Both the position numbers and the translations under genes were made by a program. Source: an uncultured Prevotella sp. (lineage in GTDB: Bacteria; Bacteroidota; Bacteroidia; Bacteroidales; Bacteroidaceae). Taken from it: a stretch of DNA of 64,000 nt. Positions 10,492 to 18,647 of the stretch are shown here, piece after piece. The stretch lies in contig CAMVSV010000010.1 of the NCBI GenBank assembly GCA_947170265.1, positions 9,702-73,701 of the forward strand, given 5' to 3'. Below the pieces are notes generated by a model. The model had not been told where the DNA came from. It did no database searches and saw only the letters and a program-made list of their open reading frames with translations. How positions within the stretch are numbered: the stretch's first letter is position 1; every line of letters begins with the position of its first letter.

Positions 10492-11503
10492 TCTGTTCTT
10501 TAATCACTTTTAATTTTATTCTATACATAGATTCTGTCTTCCTAGCTTTTTTCTCATAGATAAAAGAAGATACTGGTTTCTGCTTGGGTTGACTTGATTT
10601 AATATCTCTATGTACCTCATCTGGATCAGCAGCATGGACAGATTCATGTGTAGCCTCTGCAGCTAATGCTTCTTCCATACTCAAATTATAATTATCATTG
10701 TTTATTTCAGCCATTGATTGCTTTATCATGTCTATGTAGAGCGTAATTTTTGCCCAGGTGGAGCTATATTTACCATTCTTGAATACGATGCTACTACCAT
10801 CTTGTTTCGCTTGTTGAGTATCTGCATACGTTACACCATTTTTAGTATTGGTATCTTTAGAACTATATTCTAAATGTATTGCCGTAGGAGATTTTACCAT
10901 TAATAATAGTTGATTCCTACCAGTCTTTGTTTTCATCATACCATTATAGAGCATTTTCGTATATTCACTTGCCTTAGGTGATAATGTTAATTTTCCATTT
11001 TGAAGATAAATCACCTGTATTTTTCCTTGATATACTTTTTTCCCATCCGGATTCACATACCTCACAGGATTGTCCCGGCAATACACATACGGGCTGATGC
11101 CAGGGTCTTTCTCTGCCAGCGGGTCCACCGTTGGCCACTGCTGCAACTTGCCGTCCATCCACCGCGCACCGTAGTCCTGCATGTCCCAGTTGAGGAAGCG
11201 GTCGAGTTCCTTGCCATTGTACTTGTATTTCTGCTTGTCGCCGTTGAAGCTCGTGCCCAGCAAGCCGCCGAAGGCATAGTAGTGGTTCACCTGCTCCGCC
11301 GTACCGTCAGCAGCCATCACCACACGCACGCTGCCGAGGTGGTCCTTCAGGAAGTAGTGCGGCACTGCCTTCCCCGTAGTCTCGTCGAAGGTGAAGTAAC
11401 TCTGAGGGAACAGCAGGCTCTCCTTGTAGTTACCGTACAGCTTGTGTCCTGCACCGTCATAGACATAGCTTACATACGAATCGATTTCGGGATGTTCCAT
11501 CAT
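10478..11503 (-). CDS. Orphan RHS/YD-repeat core-end fragment fused to a C-terminal HExxH toxin domain
   Basis: 341 aa. YD repeat YVYDGAGHKL, core end HLGSVRVVMAADGTAEQVNHYYAFGG...YNGKELD...DYGARWMDGKLQQWPTVDPLAEKDPGISPYVYCRDNPVRYVNPDGK, then a tip of about 185 aa containing ATHESVHAADP. Only about 150 aa of core are present, so it is not a full-length Rhs. Confidence 0.75.
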   Translation of the reverse strand: MMEHPEIDSYVSYVYDGAGHKLYGNYKESLLFPQSYFTFDETTGKAVPHYFLKDHLGSVRVVMAADGTAEQVNHYYAFGGLLGTSFNGDKQKYKYNGKELDRFLNWDMQDYGARWMDGKLQQWPTVDPLAEKDPGISPYVYCRDNPVRYVNPDGKKVYQGKIQVIYLQNGKLTLSPKASEYTKMLYNGMMKTKTGRNQLLLMVKSPTAIHLEYSSKDTNTKNGVTYADTQQAKQDGSSIVFKNGKYSSTWAKITLYIDMIKQSMAEINNDNYNLSMEEALAAEATHESVHAADPDEVHRDIKSSQPKQKPVSSFIYEKKARKTESMYRIKLKVIKEQNDEK

Positions 11504-11511
11504 TAGTTTTT

Positions 11512-12084
11512 CTAATCACAATTACTTTTTTCCTCAGAACGTGAACGATAATATCGCTTTACATTCTGACTATCTATCAAAAACTCAATATCTGGGGCAT
11601 TATTACTGGATATTGTTCTTACATATTGTAACTTAATCTTCTTGATGATAGTATCTAAAGGAGCATTGTATAATCCCAATCTTCGCAAAGGGACCGCATA
11701 TAGGCGGATAAAGATCCATGCACTATCGCCGGGATTGACTACATTACCCTTACTTTTAAGTCCAAAGCTACAGAAAGGGACAACTTCTTTTTCACCATAG
11801 CAAACCTTTATTGCGACACTACTTGTATCTATTAGTCCTTTATTATTTATAGGCAGCAACAAAGACTTCTTGCTATCGTTATATAACATAAAGTGAAAAT
11901 ATAAAGTTCGCGAGTATGGCAAACTATCATTAGAAGGATTATAATCATCTGGATATTCATCCGAAATATTGTAACATTTTGCTGTCACAGTTTTTCGGCT
12001 GGCCAAGGAACATGATGCGCACAAAAGCATTATCAACGCAATGATGCACGAACTCATTGTTAGTTTACTCGGTTTCATCTGCAC
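11512..12084 (-). CDS. Hypothetical lipoprotein; candidate immunity protein
   Basis: 190 aa. Lipobox LLCASCSLAS. Its start overlaps the stop of the upstream 200-aa ORF by 10 nt. Confidence 0.5.
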   Translation of the reverse strand: MQMKPSKLTMSSCIIALIMLLCASCSLASRKTVTAKCYNISDEYPDDYNPSNDSLPYSRTLYFHFMLYNDSKKSLLLPINNKGLIDTSSVAIKVCYGEKEVVPFCSFGLKSKGNVVNPGDSAWIFIRLYAVPLRRLGLYNAPLDTIIKKIKLQYVRTISSNNAPDIEFLIDSQNVKRYYRSRSEEKSNCD

Positions 12085-12677
12085 CTATATTCTGGTTTGT
12101 TTTCAGAAAAATAATCATATAAATCCCGCAGTTTCGGTGAAATCTTCTTCCATGATGGATGATTCTTCTGCATCTGAAGAATTCTCCCATGCCTTTTATA
12201 CGAAATATCCTTTATTCCATGACCTGTTAATTCATGTACACCAAGAACGCTGACTACATTGGAAACTGTTGATAGATATTCCCTATCAGAAGATTCTGTT
12301 GGGTGAATATATGCTGTTACTTGATAACCTGTTTCCTTTGTTTTTTCTTCAGCAACATCTGCATCTTTATACAGAATCGTGTTTTCATGATTGAAAACAA
12401 TGGCACTTTCATATGCAGGCCCATCACCACGGCTGTTATACTCTAACTTTACAATGGTAACTTTTCCATTTTCCAATTTGGAGGTATCAAAGCCATTGCG
12501 TTCCAATACATCCGTAAATATATTAGAGTAAGCCTCGGGAGAAAGATCGGAATCTGCTATTGACTGCCTATTCCATACCGAAACCAGCCGATTCCCATTT
12601 TCCAACTCTTTGCCATATTCATACTTTGTTTTTTTCAAATAGTAACCGCAAAAGTAATAAATCACTACCAATCTCAC
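12075..12677 (-). CDS. Toxin-like orphan C-terminal module lacking an ATG start (possible 5'-truncated pseudogene)
   Basis: 200-codon open frame. The only ATG is near the 3' end, and the possible starts are TTG/GTG. Contains GVHELTGHG. It is translationally coupled to the downstream lipoprotein gene. Confidence 0.35.
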   Translation of the reverse strand: MRLVVIYYFCGYYLKKTKYEYGKELENGNRLVSVWNRQSIADSDLSPEAYSNIFTDVLERNGFDTSKLENGKVTIVKLEYNSRGDGPAYESAIVFNHENTILYKDADVAEEKTKETGYQVTAYIHPTESSDREYLSTVSNVVSVLGVHELTGHGIKDISYKRHGRILQMQKNHPSWKKISPKLRDLYDYFSENKPEYRCR

Positions 12678-12930
12678 AACAAAAAAAACGATTTAAAACA
12701 AAGGTGTATTGTTTTTTCTCCTTTATACACATTATTATATTATCTCTTATTGAAAAAAGAGGGAGTTTTTTGAGACTGCATAAGTTTCACATGCTCGGAA
12801 TGTTTTAAATGAATTGTAGGCTGAAGCCGAGAAATCATGCGAATTTAAAACCAAATTAAACAAATCATTATGATGTCTGAGTCGCTGCGCTCAAAACTTA
12901 ATCAAAAATTTAATAAGTAATGTGTCCGCA

Positions 12931-13044
12931 GGATTGTTGAGCGGGATTGTTGAGCGGGATTTGCAATCCAGCTCCCATGAATATCAGGATTTGCAATCAT
13001 GAGCGGTAGAAAGATTTTCATTGAATATAAGGATTTGCAATCAT
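12931..13044. repeat. Repeat module B1: tandem 13-mer x2 plus GGATTTGCAATCC hairpin plus two TGAATATNAGGATTTGCAATCAT units
   Basis: GGATTGTTGAGCG at 12931 and 12944. GGATTTGCAATC(C) at 12957, 12987 and 13031. Confidence 0.8.
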
Positions 13045-13087
13045 AGATAATCTTGTCAGCATGGAAGTGACTTCATGGTGTTTGTCG

Positions 13088-13150
13088 CCCAGAATGGGCA
13101 GTGAGCAGTCAGCCCAGGGCTAACTGCTGGTTGCCCTCTTTGGGGCGTAC
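13088..13150. repeat. Repeat module C1 (GCCCAGAATGGGC mini-hairpin ... CTGCTGGTTGCCCTCTTTGGGGCGTAC)
   Basis: Matches 13236-13322. There the mini-hairpin appears as its reverse complement, GCCCATTCTGGGC. Confidence 0.7.
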
Positions 13151-13157
13151 CTCTTTG

Positions 13158-13225
13158 ATGTCGTCATTTTGACGCATTACAGATGCTTATATTCAATGGT
13201 GTTGGATTGCAAATCCAACACAACT
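13158..13225. repeat. Repeat module A, copy 1 (about 68 nt, ends in a 10-bp-stem hairpin)
   Basis: ATGTCGTCATTTTGACGCATTACAGATGCTTATATTCAATGGTGTTGGATTGCAAATCCAACACAACT. The hairpin is at 13199-13221. Confidence 0.85.
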
Positions 13226-13235
13226 TAATGCTTTT

Positions 13236-13322
13236 GCCCATTCTGGGCGCGTTTGTGTGTGTTGCCCGCATACCCAGGGCGTTGCCCCGGGCTGACTGCT
13301 GGTTGCCCTCTTCGGGGCGTAC
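13236..13322. repeat. Repeat module C2
   Basis: ...CCCAGGGCGTTGCCCCGGGCTGACTGCTGGTTGCCCTCTTCGGGGCGTAC. Its 3' half is near-identical to 13121-13150. Confidence 0.7.
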
Positions 13323-13360
13323 TAATCCGAGAAACGCTGTCCTTATGGGCAGGAGTGTTT

Positions 13361-13438
13361 GGGCTGGAGTGAGTTGGGCTGGAGTGAGTTGGGCTGGATT
13401 TGCAATCCAGCCCCTATGAATATTAGGATTTGCAATCC
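13361..13438. repeat. Repeat module B2: tandem 15-mer x2 plus 10-bp-stem hairpin GGGCTGGATT-TGC-AATCCAGCCC plus TGAATATTAGGATTTGCAATCC
   Basis: GGGCTGGAGTGAGTT at 13361 and 13376. Hairpin at 13391-13413. Same architecture as 12931-13000. Confidence 0.8.
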
Positions 13439-13463
13439 GAAATACACTGTACTTACCTTTTTT

Positions 13464-13588
13464 CCGCATCACAGATGCTCATATTCAATGGTGTCGGATT
13501 ACAAATCCGACACAACTGTAATGTCGTCATTTTGACGCATCACAGATGCTTATATTCAATGGTGTTGGATTGCAAATCCAACACAACT
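13464..13588. repeat. Repeat module A, copies 2 and 3 in tandem
   Basis: Copy 2 (13464-13517) has hairpin GTGTCGGATT-ACA-AATCCGACAC. Copy 3 (13521-13588) is near-identical to copy 1. Confidence 0.85.
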
Positions 13589-13636
13589 GAAGCAAGAAAG
13601 CCAACACAACTGAAGCAAGAAAGCCAACACTACTGA
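13579..13636. repeat. 23-nt tandem repeat, about 2.5 copies
   Basis: CAACACAACTGAAGCAAGAAAGC at 13579 and 13602, with a degenerate third copy from 13625. Confidence 0.85.
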
Positions 13637-13826
13637 CACAACTGACAGAACTGAAATCGGTTATAACAAGATGGTTTTTTCGCAAAAATTCCCGTGAAAC
13701 ATTTTGTAAAGAAATGTAAAAGGGTGTGAAATTTCAAGTTAATTCTTTAACATTTAGAAACCAAGAAGGGCTCAAAAAATCACCCCTGTAACTCACTGGT
13801 TATCAAACGGTTGAAAGGGGTATTTT

Positions 13827-13908
13827 AAAAGAGCCACTTTTAGCGTGCAAAAGAGCCACTTTTGGAAGGTAAAAGAGCCTCTTTTGGAACGCGAAAGTGG
13901 CACTTTCG
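13827..13908. repeat. Four units with 22-bp period (AAAAGAGCCACTTTT-type), the last a perfect 8+1+8 palindrome
   Basis: Units at 13827, 13849 and 13871 (AAAAGAGCC[A/T]CTTTT). CGAAAGTG-G-CACTTTCG at 13892-13908. Confidence 0.8.
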
Positions 13909-14010
13909 TTTTCTCATTGTGCGGAGAATATTTTTCGTTCACATTTGTTAACTGTTTCACGAAGTTGATATTTCATATATCTTAGCGTGAAACATTTTGT
14001 GTTTATGCTC

Positions 14011-15156
14011 TCAGTAACGGCGTCGTATGGCTCTCACATAGCCATAGGTTTCACGACCTCGCATGAAACCATGTCGCACCACCTCATCCTGATAGTATTG
14101 AGGCTCACCCAACCGAAGTATATACTCCTCTACCGAGGACCAGAGGTGTGGGTTGCCACCATATTTGCCAGCCAGGGCCATAGCGTCGCGCACATGTCCC
14201 GAGCCTGCATTATAGGCTGCCAGGGCAAAGGATATGCGTTCCTCGGGGTGAGGCACGTCGGAGAACTCTCGCATGAGAGAGCCCATAAGGCGACATGCAA
14301 CCTCTATGTTCTTTTCCGGATTGAATATCTCTTCGCGTGACAGTCCGAAGCGCGCCGCCGTGGAAGGCATGAGCTGCATCAGTCCGCAGGCACCAGCCCA
14401 CGACCGAGCCCCCGCATCATAGCCAGACTCCTGGGCACACTGTGCAGATATCAGCTGCCACGGCAGTCCCGCAAGAGGAGCATAGCGCTGGAACAGGAGG
14501 TCATATTCCGCCCGGCTCGCGGCGAAGGCTTTGCCACTGGGCTGCCAGTTGGCAGAATGAGTGACAGCCATGGCAAGTAGTCGGTCTTCATAGTCAAGGG
14601 TGAGTTTTGGAAATGTGGGTTTGAACCATTTGTCCAGTTCTGAAGCCAGTTCTTTGTTTTTTTCATTCACCGCCCACTGAGTTGCTATGCCGTTACTGCC
14701 GTTTTTTTTCTCATAGGCACCACAGAAACGCAGTTTCTTGTCACCATACTTTCTCTTCTCCAGCTGAACGGCAATAATGTCGCCATAGCCCTTGTTGAGC
14801 TTACTTATCATCTCGGTAGTGTCCTTGCATTGCTCCACCCTGAGAGTCACCCCCATGCGGCGTGCAAACAGCTCACACATGAGATACTGCACTCCCATGC
14901 CCCTGCCATGATAGTCGTAGTAGGTGTCGGGACCGGAGATGGTAAGCACTATCATCTCGCCATTGCTCATTATCTGCTGAAGGGAGGTTATTCCATCTGA
15001 CGATCCGTGGTCGGTAACTCTCTCCGAAGTGTTGTCATCAACGTCAGCCACCTCTGTACCCCATGGTGTTGTGGTTGGCTTGGGCTTTCTCACGCATGCC
15101 ATGACTACCGCAGCGAGTAATGCCATCAATAGATATAATGTGTAGGCTTTTCTCAT
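14011..15156 (-). CDS. Lytic murein transglycosylase with N-terminal solute-binding-like domain (MltF-like lipoprotein)
   Basis: 381 aa. Lipoprotein signal ...AAVVMAC. SLT domain motifs AQCAQESGYD, GLMQLMPSTA and AYNAGSGHV. Confidence 0.8.
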   Translation of the reverse strand: MRKAYTLYLLMALLAAVVMACVRKPKPTTTPWGTEVADVDDNTSERVTDHGSSDGITSLQQIMSNGEMIVLTISGPDTYYDYHGRGMGVQYLMCELFARRMGVTLRVEQCKDTTEMISKLNKGYGDIIAVQLEKRKYGDKKLRFCGAYEKKNGSNGIATQWAVNEKNKELASELDKWFKPTFPKLTLDYEDRLLAMAVTHSANWQPSGKAFAASRAEYDLLFQRYAPLAGLPWQLISAQCAQESGYDAGARSWAGACGLMQLMPSTAARFGLSREEIFNPEKNIEVACRLMGSLMREFSDVPHPEERISFALAAYNAGSGHVRDAMALAGKYGGNPHLWSSVEEYILRLGEPQYYQDEVVRHGFMRGRETYGYVRAIRRRY

Positions 15157-15181
15157 AAATGACTACAAAAGTAACACATTT

Positions 15182-15213
15182 TTTGGATAATCGCTTGGAA
15201 AAGCGTAATTTTG
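15182..15213 (+). promoter_or_regulatory. Bacteroidetes-type promoter upstream of hisG
   Basis: TTTG (15182-15185), a 20-nt spacer, then TAATTTTG (15206-15213). This matches the -33 TTTG / -7 TAnnTTTG consensus, about 95 nt before the hisG ATG. Confidence 0.5.
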
Positions 15214-15308
15214 CAATGTTTTTCACCGCTATGCTGTCATATCGTTTCATTGTGACAGTCGTGGGGGTGCGCTCAGGCAGAAAGAAACATGTTTAAAGAA
15301 ATAGGATA

Positions 15309-16160
15309 ATGCTTAGAATTGCAATTCAATCAAAAGGTCGTCTGTATGACGACACCATGAACCTGTTGGCAGAAGCCGACATTAAGATTCCCAAGTCGCG
15401 CCGCACTCTGCTGGTGCAGAGTTCAAACTTCCCACTCGAGGTGCTTTACCTGCGTGACGATGACATTCCGCAGAGTGTGGCGAGCGGTGTGGCAGACATC
15501 GGCGTGGTTGGCGAGAACGAATTTGTGGAACGTGGAGAGGACGCACAGATACTGTCGCGTCTGGGTTTCTCAAGATGTCGTTTGTCGCTTGCCATACCAA
15601 AGGAAATAGACTATAAGGGTTTGGAGTGGTTTAACGGCAAGAAAATTGCCACCTCATATCCAAACATCCTCCGCAAATACATGTCGAAGCAAGGCATAAG
15701 AGCCGACATACATGTGATAAACGGCAGTGTGGAGATAAGCCCGGGCATAGGCTTGGCTGACGGCATATTCGACATCGTGAGCTCTGGCAGCACCCTCGTA
15801 AGCAACAACCTGAAAGAAGTTGAGGTGGTGATGGAGAGCGAGGCTCTGCTCGTGGGCAACTGGAAGATGGACGACGAGAAACACCAGATTCTCAACGAGA
15901 TGCTCTTCCGCTTCGATGCCGTGCGCCAGGCTGAAGACAAGAAATATGTACGCATGAATGCGCCCAAAGCCAAGCTCGATGACATCATCAACGTGCTTCC
16001 CGGATTGAAGAGTCCCACGGTAATACCCTTGGCTGACGATGAGTGGTGCTCCGTTCACACCGTTCTCGACCAAAAACGCTTCTGGGAGATAATTGGCAAG
16101 CTCAAGGAGATGGGTGCACAAGGAATACTGGTCACCCCTATTGAGAAAATGATTATCTAA
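15309..16160 (+). CDS. hisG: ATP phosphoribosyltransferase (long form)
   Basis: 283 aa, first gene of a hisG-hisD-hisC run, with recognisable HisG sequence throughout. Confidence 0.9.
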   Translation: MLRIAIQSKGRLYDDTMNLLAEADIKIPKSRRTLLVQSSNFPLEVLYLRDDDIPQSVASGVADIGVVGENEFVERGEDAQILSRLGFSRCRLSLAIPKEIDYKGLEWFNGKKIATSYPNILRKYMSKQGIRADIHVINGSVEISPGIGLADGIFDIVSSGSTLVSNNLKEVEVVMESEALLVGNWKMDDEKHQILNEMLFRFDAVRQAEDKKYVRMNAPKAKLDDIINVLPGLKSPTVIPLADDEWCSVHTVLDQKRFWEIIGKLKEMGAQGILVTPIEKMII

Positions 16161-16202
16161 GGATAGACTGAATTCTATCCGTAGCAAGTAATTTACAGGA
16201 AA

Positions 16203-17489
16203 ATGAACATTATCAAATATCCGAAGCGCGACAGTTGGAAAACCATCACCGAGCGCCCTCATCTTGATGTGTCTGAGCTCAATGCCACTGTCAAGAGTGT
16301 GCTCGACGACATTCGTGAGCGTGGTGACAAGGCGGTAATTGACTATGAGGAGCGCTTCGACCATGTGGCACTCTCATCGCTTCAGGTGACTGACGAAGAG
16401 ATTGACGAGGCTGTAGGCTCCATATCGAAAGACTTATACGATGCCCTGGTGCTGGCACATCACAACATTGAAGCATTTCACCGTTCTCAAGTGTTTGAGT
16501 CAAAGAAGGTTGAGACTGCAAAAGGAGTGACCTGCTGGCAGAAGGCCGTAGCTATAGAACGCGTGGGACTGTATATTCCCGGAGGCACAGCACCACTGTT
16601 TTCCACGGTATTGATGCTTGCCACACCCGCAAAGATTGCCGGATGCAAGAACATCGTGCTGTGCACCCCCCCGAACAGAGAGGGCAAGGTGAACCCAGCC
16701 ATACTTGCTGCCGCCCGCATAGCCGGTGTGAGCCAGATATTCAAGGCTGGCGGTGTGCAGGCGATAGGTGCCATGGCCTATGGTACAGAGTCTGTGCCGA
16801 AGGTATATAAGATTTTTGGTCCCGGCAATCAGTTCGTCATGGCAGCCAAGCAACAGGTGAGCCTCCACGATGTGGCAATAGACATGCCCGCTGGTCCATC
16901 GGAGGTATGCGTCATTGCCGATGGTAACAGCAATGCCGAGTTTGTTGCCGCCGACCTGCTGAGTCAGGCAGAGCACGGCATAGATTCTCAGGTGATACTG
17001 ATATGTACGTCGGAAACGAAAATGCAGGCAATCATTGACGAGGTAAAGACACAGCTTGAGAAACTGCCACGCAAAGATATTGCCGCCAAGACTTTGGAGA
17101 ACTCCAATTTCGTGTTGGTGGACAACACTCTGGAAGCCATGGAGCTGAGCAATGAATATGCTCCGGAGCATCTCATCATTGCCACCGACGACTATGAGCA
17201 GCTTGCCGGACGGGTGGTGAATGCCGGCAGCGTGTTCCTTGGCAAATATGCCTGCGAGAGTGCAGGCGACTATGCCAGCGGAACCAACCACACGTTGCCA
17301 ACCCACGGCTATGCCACGGCATACAATGGCGTGAACCTCGACAGCTACATGAGAAAGGTAACATTCCAACATCTGAGTGAGGATGGTATAAAATCAATAG
17401 GTAAAGCTGTGGAACTCATGGCTGAAAATGAACAGCTGCATGCCCACAAGAATGCCATGACATGCAGATTGGCATCGTTGGAGGAATAA
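16203..17489 (+). CDS. hisD: Histidinol dehydrogenase
   Basis: 428 aa. Motifs SQAEHGIDSQ and GDYASGTNHTLPT. Confidence 0.95.
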   Translation: MNIIKYPKRDSWKTITERPHLDVSELNATVKSVLDDIRERGDKAVIDYEERFDHVALSSLQVTDEEIDEAVGSISKDLYDALVLAHHNIEAFHRSQVFESKKVETAKGVTCWQKAVAIERVGLYIPGGTAPLFSTVLMLATPAKIAGCKNIVLCTPPNREGKVNPAILAAARIAGVSQIFKAGGVQAIGAMAYGTESVPKVYKIFGPGNQFVMAAKQQVSLHDVAIDMPAGPSEVCVIADGNSNAEFVAADLLSQAEHGIDSQVILICTSETKMQAIIDEVKTQLEKLPRKDIAAKTLENSNFVLVDNTLEAMELSNEYAPEHLIIATDDYEQLAGRVVNAGSVFLGKYACESAGDYASGTNHTLPTHGYATAYNGVNLDSYMRKVTFQHLSEDGIKSIGKAVELMAENEQLHAHKNAMTCRLASLEE

Positions 17490-17522
17490 GAATGCCGTGA
17501 GTTACAAACAAGAAGAGAAGAC

Positions 17523-18557
17523 ATGAAGACTCTAAAAGAACTGGTTAGAAAAAATATTTGGTCGCTGGCACCCTACAGCAGCGCCAGAAATGAATATTCC
17601 GGAAAAGTGGCAAGGGTGTTTCTTGATGCAAATGAAAATCCATACAACAAACCGCTGAACAGATACCCCGACCCACTGCAAACAGACTTAAAGGCAGAGA
17701 TAAGCAAGATAAAAGGTGTAGCTGAGGAAAACATTTTTCTCGGCAACGGCTCAGACGAAGCCATAGACCTTGTTTACAGAGTGTTCTGCGAACCGGGAAA
17801 GGATAACGTGGTAGCGATAGAGCCAACCTACGGAATGTATAAGGTTTGTGCCGACATCAATGACGTGGAATACCGCAAGGTGTTGTTGAACGACAGATAC
17901 CAATTTAATGCCGACGAATTGCTTGAAGCCTGCGACGACAGCACCAAGGTGATTTGGCTCTGTTCACCCAACAACCCTACCGGCAACAACCTGCTGCGCG
18001 AGGAAATAGAGAAGGTGCTGCACAACTTCCACGGCATAGTGGTAGTTGACGAGGCTTATTCCGATTTCTCGGCAGCAAAGACTTTCCGCTCGGAGATAAG
18101 ACAATATCCAAACATGATAGTGCTCAACACGCTGAGCAAGGCATGGGGATGTGCGGCAATACGTCTTGGTATGGCTTTCGCCAGTGAGGAAATCATTAAG
18201 ATCTTCAACAAAGTGAAATACCCGTACAACGTGAGCCTTCCCACACAGCAGCATGCCTTGGAGGCCATGAAAAGAAAGTTTGAAGTGGAGGAATGGATCA
18301 GACGGCTACTTGACGAACGAACACGACTGATGCAGGCTGTGGCTTTGTTGCCGATATGTGAGAAGGTTTACCCCTCTGATGCGAATTTCTTCCTTGTGAA
18401 GGTAACTGATGCACAGTCTATTTACAACTATCTCGTGGAAAAAGGTATCATAGTACGCAACCGCTCACGAATAGAGTTATGTAACAACTGTCTGAGAATA
18501 ACTGTTGGCACCAAGTCGGAGAATACCGAGCTATTATCGGCATTAAGACAATATTAG
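17523..18557 (+). CDS. hisC: Histidinol-phosphate aminotransferase
   Basis: 344 aa. Class-II aminotransferase with PLP-lysine context NTLSKAWG. Confidence 0.9.
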   Translation: MKTLKELVRKNIWSLAPYSSARNEYSGKVARVFLDANENPYNKPLNRYPDPLQTDLKAEISKIKGVAEENIFLGNGSDEAIDLVYRVFCEPGKDNVVAIEPTYGMYKVCADINDVEYRKVLLNDRYQFNADELLEACDDSTKVIWLCSPNNPTGNNLLREEIEKVLHNFHGIVVVDEAYSDFSAAKTFRSEIRQYPNMIVLNTLSKAWGCAAIRLGMAFASEEIIKIFNKVKYPYNVSLPTQQHALEAMKRKFEVEEWIRRLLDERTRLMQAVALLPICEKVYPSDANFFLVKVTDAQSIYNYLVEKGIIVRNRSRIELCNNCLRITVGTKSENTELLSALRQY

Positions 18558-18575
18558 TATTGCTGGACAAAAAAC

Positions 18576-18615
18576 AAAAAGCCTGCAAATTCAATCAAGG
18601 GATTTGCAGGCTTTT
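18576..18615. terminator. Bidirectional terminator between hisC and the convergent dipeptidase gene
   Basis: 10-bp stem GCCTGCAAAT(18581-18590)/ATTTGCAGGC(18602-18611), with an A-run before and TTTT after. Confidence 0.7.
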
Positions 18616-18647
18616 ATTATTATAATAATGTGAAATATGCGAGGCTA

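Noticed and set aside
13199-13221. The hairpin loop region TTGCAAA resembles a tRNA-Cys (GCA) anticodon loop
   Set aside because: No acceptor, D or T arms flank it, and the stem is 10 bp rather than 5 bp. It is not a tRNA or tRNA fragment I can support.
13158-13588. Possible CRISPR array, given repeated ~60-nt units with hairpins
   Set aside because: Copies are irregularly spaced (two are directly adjacent, one is 240 nt away) and interleaved with other repeat families. There are no cas genes in the window.
13164-13636. ORFs of 102, 78 and 68 aa in the repeat mosaic
   Set aside because: They are read straight through hairpin and tandem repeats on both strands (for example PAQLTPAQLTPAQ from the 15-mer tandem). 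There is no coding-like sequence.
18558-18647. Absence of hisB after hisC (the his cluster stops at a strong terminator)
   Set aside because: The remaining his genes are probably just located elsewhere. This cannot be evaluated from this window.
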